Of a DNA stretch of 24,208 nucleotides, positions 1 through 8,949 are shown in pieces (the first letter of the stretch is position 1; each line of letters opens with the position of its first letter). The notes below the pieces were generated by a model. That model worked only from the letters and a program-made list of their open reading frames with translations, was not told the origin of the DNA and ran no database searches. Made by a program: the position numbers and the translations under genes. The DNA is taken from the IMG/VR virus record IMGVR_UViG_2579778956_000001, positions 1 through 24,208 of that record; one strand, given 5' to 3'. This DNA comes from a virus (lineage: Duplodnaviria; Heunggongvirae; Uroviricota; Caudoviricetes).

Positions 1-1053
1 TTACGGGGTAATGCCAACCGCTGCCGCCACTTTGTCGCCACTTGGCAGCGTTGCCAGAGGATTGAAACGGAGCGCCGTTTCCAGATGATCCGGTGCCAGA
101 TGTGCGTAACGCATAGTCATTTTTATATCGTGGTGTCCGAGAATTTTTTGTAAGGCCAGAATGTTTCCACCCGACATCATGAAGTGCGCCGCAAACGTAT
201 GGCGCAGAACGTGTGTGAGTTGACCGCGAGGGAGCACGATAGACGTTTTTTCCATCACGGATAAAAATTGAAAATAGCAGTCTGTGAAGAAATTGAACCC
301 ATCAAGCGCCATGATCTCTTCGTAAAGCTCTTTACTGATAGGGATGCTTCTGTTTTTCTTCCCCTTCGTTCTTACAAAGGTAATTCGGTATTTGGTCACC
401 TGTGAACGAGTAAGATTTACGGCTTCTCGCCAGCGTGCGCCTGTGCTTAAGCATATCTTAACTACCAGTGCCAGAATTGGGTCCTGACGTTTGCAATCAG
501 CCAGTAATTCAACAATCTGCTCATGGGTAAGCCATGCCATCTCTTTTTCTGCGATGGTGAATTTTCGCATGTTCTCCAGTGGGTTCGGATACGACCATTC
601 GCCCAGGCGGGATAGTTCGCTAAAAACACTACTTAGATAGCTTTGCTCCAGGTTAATGGTGACCGGGCTTGCTCCTTTCTTCCATTTCTCGCTGAAGTAG
701 ATCTCACCTGTCAGGCGTTTATCTCGATAGTGGGCAAACATTTTAGAGGTTAGATCAGTTGCAAGGGGATTGCCCAGAGCGTCAACCATCAGCAGCAATT
801 TGTCATAGACATGCTGCCCAGCTGTCAGTGATTTACCATGTAGTTTGAACCATAGCTCAACCACGTCTTTCAGTGTTCGACGATCCACTGATTCACCTAG
901 CCAGGGCTTTGCTTCGGTTTCTTCCATCGTGTGACGCTCAAAAGCCAGTGCTTCGCCTTTGGTGGCGAATTGTTTACGCACACGACGTCCACTACGTCCG
1001 GCGGGGTAACATTCGCAAAGCCATTTTCCTGTGGTGAGTTTTCGTACTGCCAT
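1..1053 (-). CDS. int: P2/186-family tyrosine integrase (site-specific recombinase)
   Basis: 350-aa ORF with the stop codon at window positions 1-3. Contains LSTGARWREA, FVRTKGKK, HVLRHTFAAHFMMSGG, LQKILGHHD and MRYAHL motifs typical of P2-type integrases (catalytic R..HxxR..Y). Sits at the prophage end next to the repressor, as in P2/186. Confidence 0.9.
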   Translation of the reverse strand: MAVRKLTTGKWLCECYPAGRSGRRVRKQFATKGEALAFERHTMEETEAKPWLGESVDRRTLKDVVELWFKLHGKSLTAGQHVYDKLLLMVDALGNPLATDLTSKMFAHYRDKRLTGEIYFSEKWKKGASPVTINLEQSYLSSVFSELSRLGEWSYPNPLENMRKFTIAEKEMAWLTHEQIVELLADCKRQDPILALVVKICLSTGARWREAVNLTRSQVTKYRITFVRTKGKKNRSIPISKELYEEIMALDGFNFFTDCYFQFLSVMEKTSIVLPRGQLTHVLRHTFAAHFMMSGGNILALQKILGHHDIKMTMRYAHLAPDHLETALRFNPLATLPSGDKVAAAVGITP

Positions 1054-1078
1054 AAAAAAGCCCTCATATCAGAGGGCT
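1054..1078 (-). terminator. Hairpin plus T-run (minus-strand sense) between the DUF4041 gene and the int start codon; possible intrinsic terminator or attenuator
   Basis: Stem AGCCCTC (1059-1065) / GAGGGCT (1072-1078) with a 6-nt loop, preceded on the plus strand by AAAAAA (1054-1059), which is a U-run after the hairpin on the minus-strand transcript. The right arm GAGGG also lies 7 nt upstream of the int ATG and could act as its SD. Confidence 0.4.
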
Positions 1079-1136
1079 AAATTTAACTGTATATACAACC
1101 AGTAATCAATGTGTGATTGCTATGAAACATACATTG

Positions 1137-2813
1137 CTAAGCAACATGTAGTTCATCGTTGGCGGAAGTGGCTGCTTTGCGTTCCTGCTCAATAGCTAGT
1201 GACTCTCTATATTCTTTCGCCTCTGCAAACATTGTCCAGTGGGCATTGATGTTCATATCTTCAATAACCGATTTAATTTCTTTAATATTTACGTTAAAAA
1301 ACTCTTTTCGTGAGTTAATTTTATTGACCTGCTTTTCGTTGAAGACTTTATGCAGATGATTTTCTAATGACGGTGCATCATCACTATAAATCATCGCATG
1401 AACATCGAACGAAAAAGGAACACTAGCATCCCCAAGTTCACGAACACGATCAAGTGGTTCAAGGCGGCGTGTCATTCCAATTTTATATACATCTTCGCCA
1501 AATGAGCCAATATTGCTAATTATATAAACATGGCCTGATCTAGTTTGTTGAGCCATAGAAATAGCTCGTTGGTTTTTAGCTTCAGCTTCTTCATATTTTA
1601 ACTGTAGTTCAGCTATTTTTTGCTCTAAAGCTAAGCGTTGTTCTTCATTTGCAAGCATAAGCTCTTTCGTTGCTTTATTTATAGCTTGCTGAATAGCTTT
1701 TTCTTCTTTTTCGGCTTCTTTTATCGCTTTTTCATACTCTCTACGAGCTCTTTCCTCTTCACGAAGCTGTTCTTTAATCCTTCTTTGCTCCTCTTTTTCT
1801 TCGAGCATAATTTCATTAACTGCAACTCCCCATTTTAGCTCGTTGAGTCGTGCCTGAAGATAGATGTCACTTATTTTTGCGGATCTAAAAGCAGAGCCAT
1901 TATAATTTACAAGTTGAAATGCATCTTTTATTTCTTGGGAAAGTTTTCCAAAATTGTTGTGTTTGACTTTTGATAAAATACTGTCAACTCTTCCATTGAA
2001 GGCATCCAAAACAAAGTTGATAGCAGTATTACGCCTGTTTTGCTCAACATAATCACACGAAGCTGCTTTATTAGTTTTTATTAATGATTTTGTTAACTCC
2101 CTGGCTTTTTGTAATTCCTTGCCTGCATCTGTAAACTCATAATTTTCTGCCAATTCATCAAGTACACTACGGTTAGGGATGATCCATTCATCGCCATAAC
2201 CTTCAATTTTATTTTTCATTGATTTGGCAACTGCTTCATATTTTTCTGCAAACTCTTTAGCTTCATATGCTGAACCAGCAATCTCTTTTGCTCTTTCTTC
2301 TGCATCGGAAATAATTTTTACTGCGTTGTCATTAGCATTTGAGATCAGCTCATTTGCTTTACTGTTGGCATTATCAAGACGTTCTTTGGCTTTCAGGCGT
2401 GCATCGCGAGCGTCTTTGGTGATTGCTATAGCTTCGCTATTAGCGTTGCTTATTGTTATCTGAGCTTGATAACTTGCTTCGTTTACTGTCTTAGCTGCCT
2501 TTATTTGGGCTTCTTCTATTTTTTGCCTAGCTATTGAGTCTGCATTTTTTATCTTATTCTCTGCCTCCATCACTGCGCTGTGCAATTCTTCGTATTGCCA
2601 TAATGGTGCTGCTCGCCCTTCAAGCTCTGATAGATCTCGTGCAGTCTGTGCTAACTTTTCTTGATTTTCACTCAGTTGGCTGGAAAGGGCTATGTTGTTA
2701 GCCGTCAGATTATCTATGGCGGCTTTGTGTTCTTTACTTTGCTTAAATAATATTATAGCTAGAACAGGGGCGAGAAATGCTAATAAGAATATAACGATGG
2801 AAAATGAATTCAT
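1137..2813 (-). CDS. Membrane-anchored coiled-coil protein with DUF4041 and C-terminal T5orf172 (GIY-YIG-like, MUG113) domains; candidate defence/abortive-infection moron
   Basis: 558-aa ORF. N-terminal hydrophobic helix (FSIVIFLLAFLAPVLAIILF), long E/K/A-rich coiled-coil region, and C-terminal GHVYIISN...YKIGMTRRLEPLDRVRELG...PFSFDV...LHKVF...REFF, which matches the T5orf172 pattern from memory. AT-rich relative to the phage backbone. Starts 20 nt after the cI stop with AAGGA as SD. Confidence 0.8.
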   Translation of the reverse strand: MNSFSIVIFLLAFLAPVLAIILFKQSKEHKAAIDNLTANNIALSSQLSENQEKLAQTARDLSELEGRAAPLWQYEELHSAVMEAENKIKNADSIARQKIEEAQIKAAKTVNEASYQAQITISNANSEAIAITKDARDARLKAKERLDNANSKANELISNANDNAVKIISDAEERAKEIAGSAYEAKEFAEKYEAVAKSMKNKIEGYGDEWIIPNRSVLDELAENYEFTDAGKELQKARELTKSLIKTNKAASCDYVEQNRRNTAINFVLDAFNGRVDSILSKVKHNNFGKLSQEIKDAFQLVNYNGSAFRSAKISDIYLQARLNELKWGVAVNEIMLEEKEEQRRIKEQLREEERARREYEKAIKEAEKEEKAIQQAINKATKELMLANEEQRLALEQKIAELQLKYEEAEAKNQRAISMAQQTRSGHVYIISNIGSFGEDVYKIGMTRRLEPLDRVRELGDASVPFSFDVHAMIYSDDAPSLENHLHKVFNEKQVNKINSRKEFFNVNIKEIKSVIEDMNINAHWTMFAEAKEYRESLAIEQERKAATSANDELHVA

Positions 2814-2833
2814 TTTTAAATCCTTTTACTATA

Positions 2834-3430
2834 TCAATTTGAAACTATTGTACTTCTTATACAAGCAACCACTTCAATATCAGAAAATGCACATTCAAAG
2901 CTATTCTCTGTAGTTGTAATTTTAATCATACCTTTTGGAAGCTTTGTGATTTTTCGAATGGAATAGGTTCCGTCGATGTTGATTAACCAGTGTCCATCAA
3001 GTACTTCAGAAAATTTTTGATCACAAATGTATGTGACAAGCCCATCCTGAATAACAATTGGTGATGAAAGATTTGCAGGAAGAAATGATGAATCGAATAC
3101 ATATGAACCATCTTCAATCATTTTGCCTGCGGTAAGGCGAAACTTGGGAAGCTCTTCTGTGGCTACTGTCAGCGAGCTTTGCTTAAGTCCTTGCCCGGTG
3201 GTTAACCATTTCAGTGAGGTTCCTGTTTCAAGAGCACATTGGATTATCCAGTCTGCAGGAAACGTATCCCGCAAATACCTGTTCGCCAGAGTGCTTTTTG
3301 ATACTTCCAAGTGATCAGCTAAAGCCTGTCGTGTCGTAAAGCCATAAGCTTCGACTAATCGCTCAATCGCAGCCTTACCACCTTTATTGGGATTTATTTT
3401 GATCTCACTTGGGTACTTTGATGTTGACAT
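2834..3430 (-). CDS. cI: 186-type CI immunity repressor (N-terminal HTH, C-terminal oligomerisation domain)
   Basis: 198-aa ORF. N-terminal LVEAYGFTTRQALADHLEVSKSTLANRYLRD...ALETGTSLKWLTTGQG resembles the phage-186 CI HTH domain. Divergent from the apl/cII genes and adjacent to int. No LexA/S24-type Ala-Gly cleavage site or G-D-S-M motif seen. Confidence 0.75.
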   Translation of the reverse strand: MSTSKYPSEIKINPNKGGKAAIERLVEAYGFTTRQALADHLEVSKSTLANRYLRDTFPADWIIQCALETGTSLKWLTTGQGLKQSSLTVATEELPKFRLTAGKMIEDGSYVFDSSFLPANLSSPIVIQDGLVTYICDQKFSEVLDGHWLINIDGTYSIRKITKLPKGMIKITTTENSFECAFSDIEVVACIRSTIVSN

Positions 3431-3525
3431 ATCTCTTTTGCGATCCTAGTATCAGTTTTGTCCCCATTTGGGTACTTGTCACGATTACTACAGGCTCACC
3501 ACAAGCCAATAGGAGATGTTGCATC
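3431..3525. promoter_or_regulatory. Lysis-lysogeny switch region between divergently oriented cI and apl (expected face-to-face pL/pR promoters and CI/Apl operators)
   Basis: 95-bp intergenic region between the cI start (3430, minus) and the apl start (3526, plus). Contains TTGTCA/TTGTCC-like hexamers and a good SD (AGGAG 3511-3515) for apl. Exact -35/-10 elements and operators not resolved by eye. Confidence 0.4.
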
Positions 3526-3747
3526 ATGACCCCTAACATTTCAATAACTCTGAATACGCCACATGTCACAATTGAGCGTTATAGCGAACTTACTGGTCTT
3601 TCAATCGACACAATTAACGATATGCTGGCTGACGGTCGCATCCCTCGGCATCGCCTTCGGAAAGACAAGAAAAGAGAAAAGGTGATGATCAACCTTGCTG
3701 CTCTTACCGTTGATGCACTTACTGATTGCAATGTTGTATTCAACTAG
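3526..3747 (+). CDS. Apl/Cox-like small HTH DNA-binding protein (excisionase / lytic-switch regulator)
   Basis: 73-aa ORF starting at ATG 3526 behind SD AGGAG; the ORF-track upstream extension from 3409 overlaps cI and is unlikely. HTH-like [24 protein letters not shown]. First gene of the rightward early operon, in the Apl/Cox position. Confidence 0.6.
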
Positions 3748-3779
3748 TTCCATTTTGGGATACATCAGGGGTGTCGACC

Positions 3780-4289
3780 ATGTTTGATTACCAAGTTTCC
3801 AAACATCCACATTTTGATGAAGCCTGTCGTGCATTCGCATTGCGCCACAACCTGGTGCAACTGGCAGAACGTGCTGGCATGAATGTGCAGATTCTGCGGA
3901 ACAAGCTGAACCCATCTCAACCTCATTTATTAACCGCACCAGAAATCTGGCTGCTTACCGATCTGACTGAAGATTCAACGCTGGTAGATGGTTTTCTGGC
4001 ACAGATTCACTGCCTGCCATGTGTACCGATTAATGAGGTTGCAAAAGAGAAACTGCCGCATTACGTCATGAGCGCAACTGCAGAGATCGGACGTGTTGCA
4101 GCAGGTGCGGTATCTGGTGATGTAAAAACTAGTGCCGGTCGTCGTGATGCTATCAGCAGCATTAACTCTGTAACACGACTGATGGCGCTGGCTGCTGTTT
4201 CATTGCAGGCCCGTTTACAGGCTAATCCTGCGATGGCGAGTGCAGTTGATACCGTGACTGGCCTCGGTGCTTCATTCGGTTTGCTGTGA
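3780..4289 (+). CDS. cII: Phage regulatory protein CII (186/P2-family)
   Basis: Start chosen at ATG 3780 ([45 protein letters not shown]...) after the apl stop, with a GGGG SD upstream. Sequence recalled as 186 CII-like; position after apl. Confidence 0.7.
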
Positions 4290-4296
4290 GGTGCTT

Positions 4297-4497
4297 ATGC
4301 TGACGAAAGAACCATCATTTGCATCGCTGCTGGTAAAACAAAGCCCGGCAATGCACTACGGTCACGGCTGGATCATGGGTGAGGATGGTAAACGCTGGCA
4401 TCCGTGCCGTTCACAAGATGAATTGCTGGCAGAACTATCTACGAAAAAACGGGGGAACAAATGGCTATTGAAGGCGCTGCGGCGACTGTTCCATTAA
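4297..4497 (+). CDS. Early-region hypothetical protein
   Basis: 66-aa ORF from ATG 4297 with SD GAGG 5-6 nt upstream, directly after cII. No recognisable domain. Confidence 0.45.
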   Translation: MLTKEPSFASLLVKQSPAMHYGHGWIMGEDGKRWHPCRSQDELLAELSTKKRGNKWLLKALRRLFH

Positions 4498-4802
4498 GCC
4501 CCGGTGAACGCCTGAATGGACTTAATCACATAGCGGAATTAAGGGCGAAAGTTTTTGGCCTGAATATTGAGTCAGAGCTTGAGCGGTTTATTAAAGATAT
4601 GCGTGATCCACGGGATATCAATAACGAACAAAATAAACGAGCACTGGCAGCCATATTCTTTATGGCAAAAATTCCGGCTGAACGTCATAGCATCAGCATT
4701 AATGAGCTGACCACTGACGAAAAGCGGGAGTTGATTAAAGCAATGAATCATTTTCGTGCAGTGGTGAGCTTATTTCCCAGACGGCTAACCATGCCGAATT
4801 AA
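4461..4802 (+). CDS. Early-region hypothetical protein
   Basis: 113-aa ORF with SD GGGGGA upstream of ATG 4461. Overlaps the previous ORF in a different frame, as is common in phage early operons. Confidence 0.5.
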   Translation: MAIEGAAATVPLSPGERLNGLNHIAELRAKVFGLNIESELERFIKDMRDPRDINNEQNKRALAAIFFMAKIPAERHSISINELTTDEKRELIKAMNHFRAVVSLFPRRLTMPN

Positions 4803-4869
4803 CCAACCAATGAAATTAATGGCGTAAACCCGCCGGGCATCCCTTTATCTAAATTCAGGAGAATTGATT

Positions 4870-5103
4870 ATGCGTAATATTGAAACCCTCTCGACCAAAA
4901 CCGGACCGGATGACGCAGGGCTTAATATTTTACTGACAGAGGCTCGTCTGGAAGAACGCCGGGCAAGGGCTGAAGCAATGGCAGCTCGCCTTGATAGCCT
5001 GGCGTGTCATATCACATCCCGCCAGCTAACCCACGTCGAAGCGGCAGAACTGCTTCGTGTGACTGCTGAAGCAATCCAGAACGAAGCGCAGGAGATCCAC
5101 TAA
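4870..5103 (+). CDS. Early-region hypothetical protein
   Basis: ATG at 4870 preceded by AGGAG (4856-4860); the ORF-track start at 4864 is a TTG. Stop overlaps the next gene's start. Confidence 0.5.
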   Translation: MRNIETLSTKTGPDDAGLNILLTEARLEERRARAEAMAARLDSLACHITSRQLTHVEAAELLRVTAEAIQNEAQEIH

Positions 5104-5330
5104 TGGCTGATGCAATGGATCTCGTACAGCAGCGCGTTGAAGAAGAACGCCAACGCCATATCCGTGCTGCCCGTGCCAAAACGCCGGGCGTGTCCCGCGT
5201 GCTTTGCATTGAGTGTGAAGCGCCAATTCCGCCAGCACGCCGCCGTGCCATTCCGGGTGTGCAGCTTTGCATTACCTGTCAGGAAATCGCAGAGCTGAAA
5301 GGCAAACATTACAACGGAGGTGCTGTATGA
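5103..5330 (+). CDS. TraR/DksA-family C4 zinc-finger protein
   Basis: 75-aa ORF with CxxC...17 residues...CxxC (CIECEAPIPPARRRAIPGVQLCITCQ). Start overlaps the upstream stop (TAATG). This family commonly sits upstream of replication genes in P2-like phages. Confidence 0.7.
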   Translation: MADAMDLVQQRVEEERQRHIRAARAKTPGVSRVLCIECEAPIPPARRRAIPGVQLCITCQEIAELKGKHYNGGAV

Positions 5331-6184
5331 GCACCATCCTGAAATGGGCGGGAAATAAAACTGCCATAATGTCCGAACTGAAAAAACATCTTCCTGCTGG
5401 CCCGCGACTGGTTGAACCTTTCGCGGGTTCCTGTGCTGTGATGATGGAGACGGATTATCCCAGCTATCTGGTTGCGGATATTAATCCTGATTTAATCAAC
5501 CTCTATAAAAAGGTTGCCGCTGATTGTGAATCGTTTATATCTCGCGCCAGAGTTTTATTTGAGATCGCAAACAGGGAGGTGGCTTATTACAACATAAGGC
5601 AGGAGTTTAATTACTCAACTGAAATTACTGATTTCATGAAAGCGGTATATTTCCTGTATCTCAATCGTCACGGTTACCGTGGTTTATGTCGCTATAACAA
5701 GAGCGGGCATTTCAACATTCCCTACGGTAATTATAAAAATCCGTATTTTCCTGAAAAAGAAATTCGTGCATTTGCAGTAAAAGCCCAGCGGGCAACGTTT
5801 ATCTGCGCCAGCTTTGATGAAACGCTGGCGATGTTGAAGGCGGGGGATGTGGTGTATTGCGATCCGCCGTATGACGGTACGTTTTCCGGCTATCACACTG
5901 ACGGCTTCACTGAAGATGACCAGTATCACCTGGCATGTGTTCTTGAACATCGGTCATCAGAAGGACATCCGGTCATTGTTTCTAACAGTGACACATCCCT
6001 GATCCGTTCGCTGTATCGCAATTTTACTCACCACTACATCAAGGCAAAACGCAGCATCGGTGTGGCAGCTGGCGAGGGTAAATCAGCAACAGAAATCATT
6101 GCTGTTTCCGGGCCGCGCTGCTGGGTGGGATTTGATTATTCGCGTGGCGTGGATAGTTCTGCCGTGTACGGAGTACGTGCATGA
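5327..6184 (+). CDS. dam: Dam-family N6-adenine DNA methyltransferase (orphan, phage-encoded)
   Basis: Start at ATG 5327 (SD GGAGG 5315-5319; ATGA overlap with the TraR stop). ILKWAGNK near the N-terminus, [23 protein letters not shown] and the catalytic DPPY motif closely parallel E. coli Dam. No restriction gene adjacent. Confidence 0.9.
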   Translation: MSTILKWAGNKTAIMSELKKHLPAGPRLVEPFAGSCAVMMETDYPSYLVADINPDLINLYKKVAADCESFISRARVLFEIANREVAYYNIRQEFNYSTEITDFMKAVYFLYLNRHGYRGLCRYNKSGHFNIPYGNYKNPYFPEKEIRAFAVKAQRATFICASFDETLAMLKAGDVVYCDPPYDGTFSGYHTDGFTEDDQYHLACVLEHRSSEGHPVIVSNSDTSLIRSLYRNFTHHYIKAKRSIGVAAGEGKSATEIIAVSGPRCWVGFDYSRGVDSSAVYGVRA

Positions 6185-8595
6185 GTCATGCCGATATGAA
6201 CAACTGCTGCGGCTTTAACGAAGCTGCCGCATCGTTCTCATGGAACAGCCCGAAAAAGGCCATTAACCCTTATCTGGACCCGGCGGAAGTTGCGCCGGTT
6301 TCTACGCTTTCAAACCTGATCACTCTGTACGCTGCCGATAACGAGCAGGAACAGCTGCGCCGCGAGGCACTGAGTGATCAGGTCTGGGAGCGTTATTTCT
6401 TTAATGAATCCCGTGATCCTGTCCAGCGCGAAATGGAGCAGGATAAGCTCATTAGCCGGGCAAAGCTGGCGCATGAGCAGCAGCGTTTTAATCCAGACAT
6501 GGTCATTCTGGCTGACGTCAACGCCCAGCCTTCCCATATCAGCAAGCCGCTGATGCAACGTATTGAATATTTCAGCAGCCTGGGCAGGCCAAAGGCTTAT
6601 TCCCGCTATTTGCGTGAGACGATTAAGCCATGTCTGGAACGACTGGAGCATGTCCGCGACTGTCAGCTATCCACTTCTTTTCGCTTTATGGCAAGCCATG
6701 AAGGGCTGGATGGCCTGCTTATCCTGCCTGAAATGAGTCAGGATCAGGTGAAGCGCCTGTCTACCCTTGTCGCTGCGCATATGAGCATGTGCCTTGATGC
6801 AGCTTGTGGCGATTTGTATGCCACCGATGATGTTAAGCCAGAAGAAATCCGCAAGACATGGGAAAAGGTGGCAGCAGAAACCCTGCGTCTGGATGTCATC
6901 CCGCCTGCGTTTGAGCAACTCCGTAGGAAAAGAAACCGCCGTAAACCAGTGCCCTATGAACTCATTCCGGGTTCGCTGGCGCGTATGCTGTGCGCCGACT
7001 GGTGGTATCGGAAATTGTGGAAGATGCGTTGCGAATGGCGGGAAGAGCAGTTGCGTGCTGTCTGCCTGGTCAGCAAAAAAGCATCTCCCTATGTCAGCTA
7101 TGAAGCCGTGATGCATAAACGTGAGCAGCGCCGTAAGTCGCTGGAGTTTTTCCGTTCTCATGAACTGGTGAACGAAGACGGCGACACGCTGGATATGGAA
7201 GATGTGGTAAACGCCAGTAGTAGCAACCCGGCGCATCGCCGCAATGAGATGATGGCATGTGTTAAAGGTCTGGAGCTTATCGCGGAAATGCGCGGTGACT
7301 GCGCCGTTTTCTACACCATCACCTGTCCGTCACGTTTCCATTCCACGCTAAATAACGGCAGGCCCAACCCGACCTGGACAAATGCGACGGTAAGACAAAG
7401 CAGTGATTATCTGGTCGGCATGTTTGCTGCATTTCGTAAGGCGATGCACAAAGCCGGATTGCGCTGGTATGGCGTGCGGGTGGCTGAGCCGCATCATGAC
7501 GGTACAGTTCACTGGCACCTGTTGTGTTTTATGCGCAAAAAAGATCGCCGCGCCATTACTGCTTTGTTGCGTAAGTTTGCCATTCGTGAAGACCGCGAGG
7601 AACTGGGTAATAACACAGGACCACGCTTTAAGTCTGAGTTGATTAACCCGCGCAAAGGTACGCCAACAAGCTACATCGCGAAATACATCAGTAAGAACAT
7701 TGACGGGTGTGGTCTGGCTGGCGAGATCAGCAAGGAAACGGGTAAATCCCTGCGTGATAACGCTGAATACGTTAATGCCTGGGCGTCTCTGCATCGTGTT
7801 CAGCAATTCCGCTTCTTTGGCATTCCGGGGCGTCAGGCTTACCGTGAACTGCGATTGCTGGCTGGTCAGGCGGCAAGGCAACAGGGGGACAAAAAAGCAG
7901 GTGCGCCGGTACTGGATAACCCGCGCCTTGATGCCATTCTGGCTGCTGCTGATGCTGGTTGTTTTGCCACCTACATCATGAAGCAGGGTGGCGTACTGGT
8001 TCCCCGCAAATATCACCTCATCAGAACTGCTTATGAAATCAACGAAGAGCCGACCGCCTATGGCGATCACGGCATTCGTATTTATGGCATCTGGTCACCT
8101 ATTGCAGAGGGCAAGATCTGCACTCATGCCGTGAAGTGGAAAATGGTTCGTAAGGCCGTTGACGTTCAGGAGGCGGCAGCCGACCAGGGCGCTTGCGCCC
8201 CTTGGACTCGTGGCAATAACTGTCCCCTTGCTGAAAATTTGTACCAACAAGGGAAAGACAAATCAGCTGATGGAGATACCAGAACGGATATCACCCGCAT
8301 GGATGACAAGGAGTTGCACGATTACCTGCACAGTATGAGCAAAAAAGAGCGCCGGGAACTGGCAGCAAGGTTACGCCTGGTGAAACCGAAACGGCGTAAA
8401 GACTACAAACAACGAATTACAGACCATCAGCGACTGCAGCTCGTGTATGAACTGAAGTCCAGGGGATTTGATGGCAGCGAGAAAGAGGTCGATTTACTGC
8501 TTCGCGGCGGCAGTATTCCGTCAGGAGCAGGCCTGCGTATCTTCTATCGGAACCAGCGTTTGCAGGAAGATGATAAGTGGCGAAACCTGTATTAA
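6181..8595 (+). CDS. A: Replication initiation protein gpA (rolling-circle replication endonuclease, HUH family)
   Basis: 804-aa ORF. HUH-like VHWHLLCF and twin-tyrosine SYIAKYISK motifs. ATGA overlap with the dam stop. Size and position match P2 gene A. Confidence 0.9.
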   Translation: MSHADMNNCCGFNEAAASFSWNSPKKAINPYLDPAEVAPVSTLSNLITLYAADNEQEQLRREALSDQVWERYFFNESRDPVQREMEQDKLISRAKLAHEQQRFNPDMVILADVNAQPSHISKPLMQRIEYFSSLGRPKAYSRYLRETIKPCLERLEHVRDCQLSTSFRFMASHEGLDGLLILPEMSQDQVKRLSTLVAAHMSMCLDAACGDLYATDDVKPEEIRKTWEKVAAETLRLDVIPPAFEQLRRKRNRRKPVPYELIPGSLARMLCADWWYRKLWKMRCEWREEQLRAVCLVSKKASPYVSYEAVMHKREQRRKSLEFFRSHELVNEDGDTLDMEDVVNASSSNPAHRRNEMMACVKGLELIAEMRGDCAVFYTITCPSRFHSTLNNGRPNPTWTNATVRQSSDYLVGMFAAFRKAMHKAGLRWYGVRVAEPHHDGTVHWHLLCFMRKKDRRAITALLRKFAIREDREELGNNTGPRFKSELINPRKGTPTSYIAKYISKNIDGCGLAGEISKETGKSLRDNAEYVNAWASLHRVQQFRFFGIPGRQAYRELRLLAGQAARQQGDKKAGAPVLDNPRLDAILAAADAGCFATYIMKQGGVLVPRKYHLIRTAYEINEEPTAYGDHGIRIYGIWSPIAEGKICTHAVKWKMVRKAVDVQEAAADQGACAPWTRGNNCPLAENLYQQGKDKSADGDTRTDITRMDDKELHDYLHSMSKKERRELAARLRLVKPKRRKDYKQRITDHQRLQLVYELKSRGFDGSEKEVDLLLRGGSIPSGAGLRIFYRNQRLQEDDKWRNLY

Positions 8596-8687
8596 TTACG
8601 CGGGTTAACAATTCGTGCTCTTAATAATACCAGGCATATCAGGGTGATGAGCGTAAAAAAACGTTTTACATCAGTAAGATTATTATA

Positions 8688-8707
8688 TACTGTAAATATA
8701 AACAGTG
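8688..8707. promoter_or_regulatory. LexA (SOS) box overlapping a putative promoter upstream of the small ORF at 8748
   Basis: taCTGTaaatataaACAGtg (CTGT 8690-8693, 8-nt AT-rich spacer, ACAG 8702-8705) matches the consensus CTGT-N8-ACAG. Embedded in an AT-rich region with a TTTACA -35-like hexamer upstream, and about 45 bp before an ORF with a strong SD (AGGAGG 8738-8743). Confidence 0.6.
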
Positions 8708-8747
8708 GTTATGTATACAGTATTGCTTTGGTGTCATAGGAGGAAAG

Positions 8748-8936
8748 ATGCAGGACTATTTTTTGGAGTCTTTGAAGCTCCAGCGCATTGATTTTTTTCT
8801 TAAGCTTGTAGCGGCTAGTGAGTGTAGTGATGAAGAGAAGGGGCTGGCTCTGCAGTGGGTTTCAGAGCTGACTGATGAGTTGATGGCGAAAATTCGTGCC
8901 CATGAATATAACCGTGTAATGGATCTTCCCGGTTAG
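8748..8936 (+). CDS. Small hypothetical protein under putative LexA control (possible antirepressor-like or SOS-induced factor)
   Basis: 62-aa ORF with strong SD AGGAGG and an upstream LexA box. Position corresponds to the 186 tum / P2 tin-old region downstream of gene A. No confident homology recognised. Confidence 0.5.
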   Translation: MQDYFLESLKLQRIDFFLKLVAASECSDEEKGLALQWVSELTDELMAKIRAHEYNRVMDLPG

Positions 8937-8949
8937 CAGCAGGGGCGTT

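Noticed and set aside
2834-3430. Initial idea that the repressor is a LexA/lambda-CI-like S24 autopeptidase repressor
   Set aside because: No Ala-Gly cleavage site or Ser/Lys catalytic signature (G-D-S-M ... K) is visible; the N-terminal domain instead resembles the 186 CI family.
6667-8070. Long antisense ORFs inside gpA (6667..7236 -, 7348..8070 -, and 6794..7111 + in another frame)
   Set aside because: They are fully embedded in a well-supported 804-aa gene with conserved motifs and have no SD or independent support; such ORFs are typical of GC-rich coding sequence.
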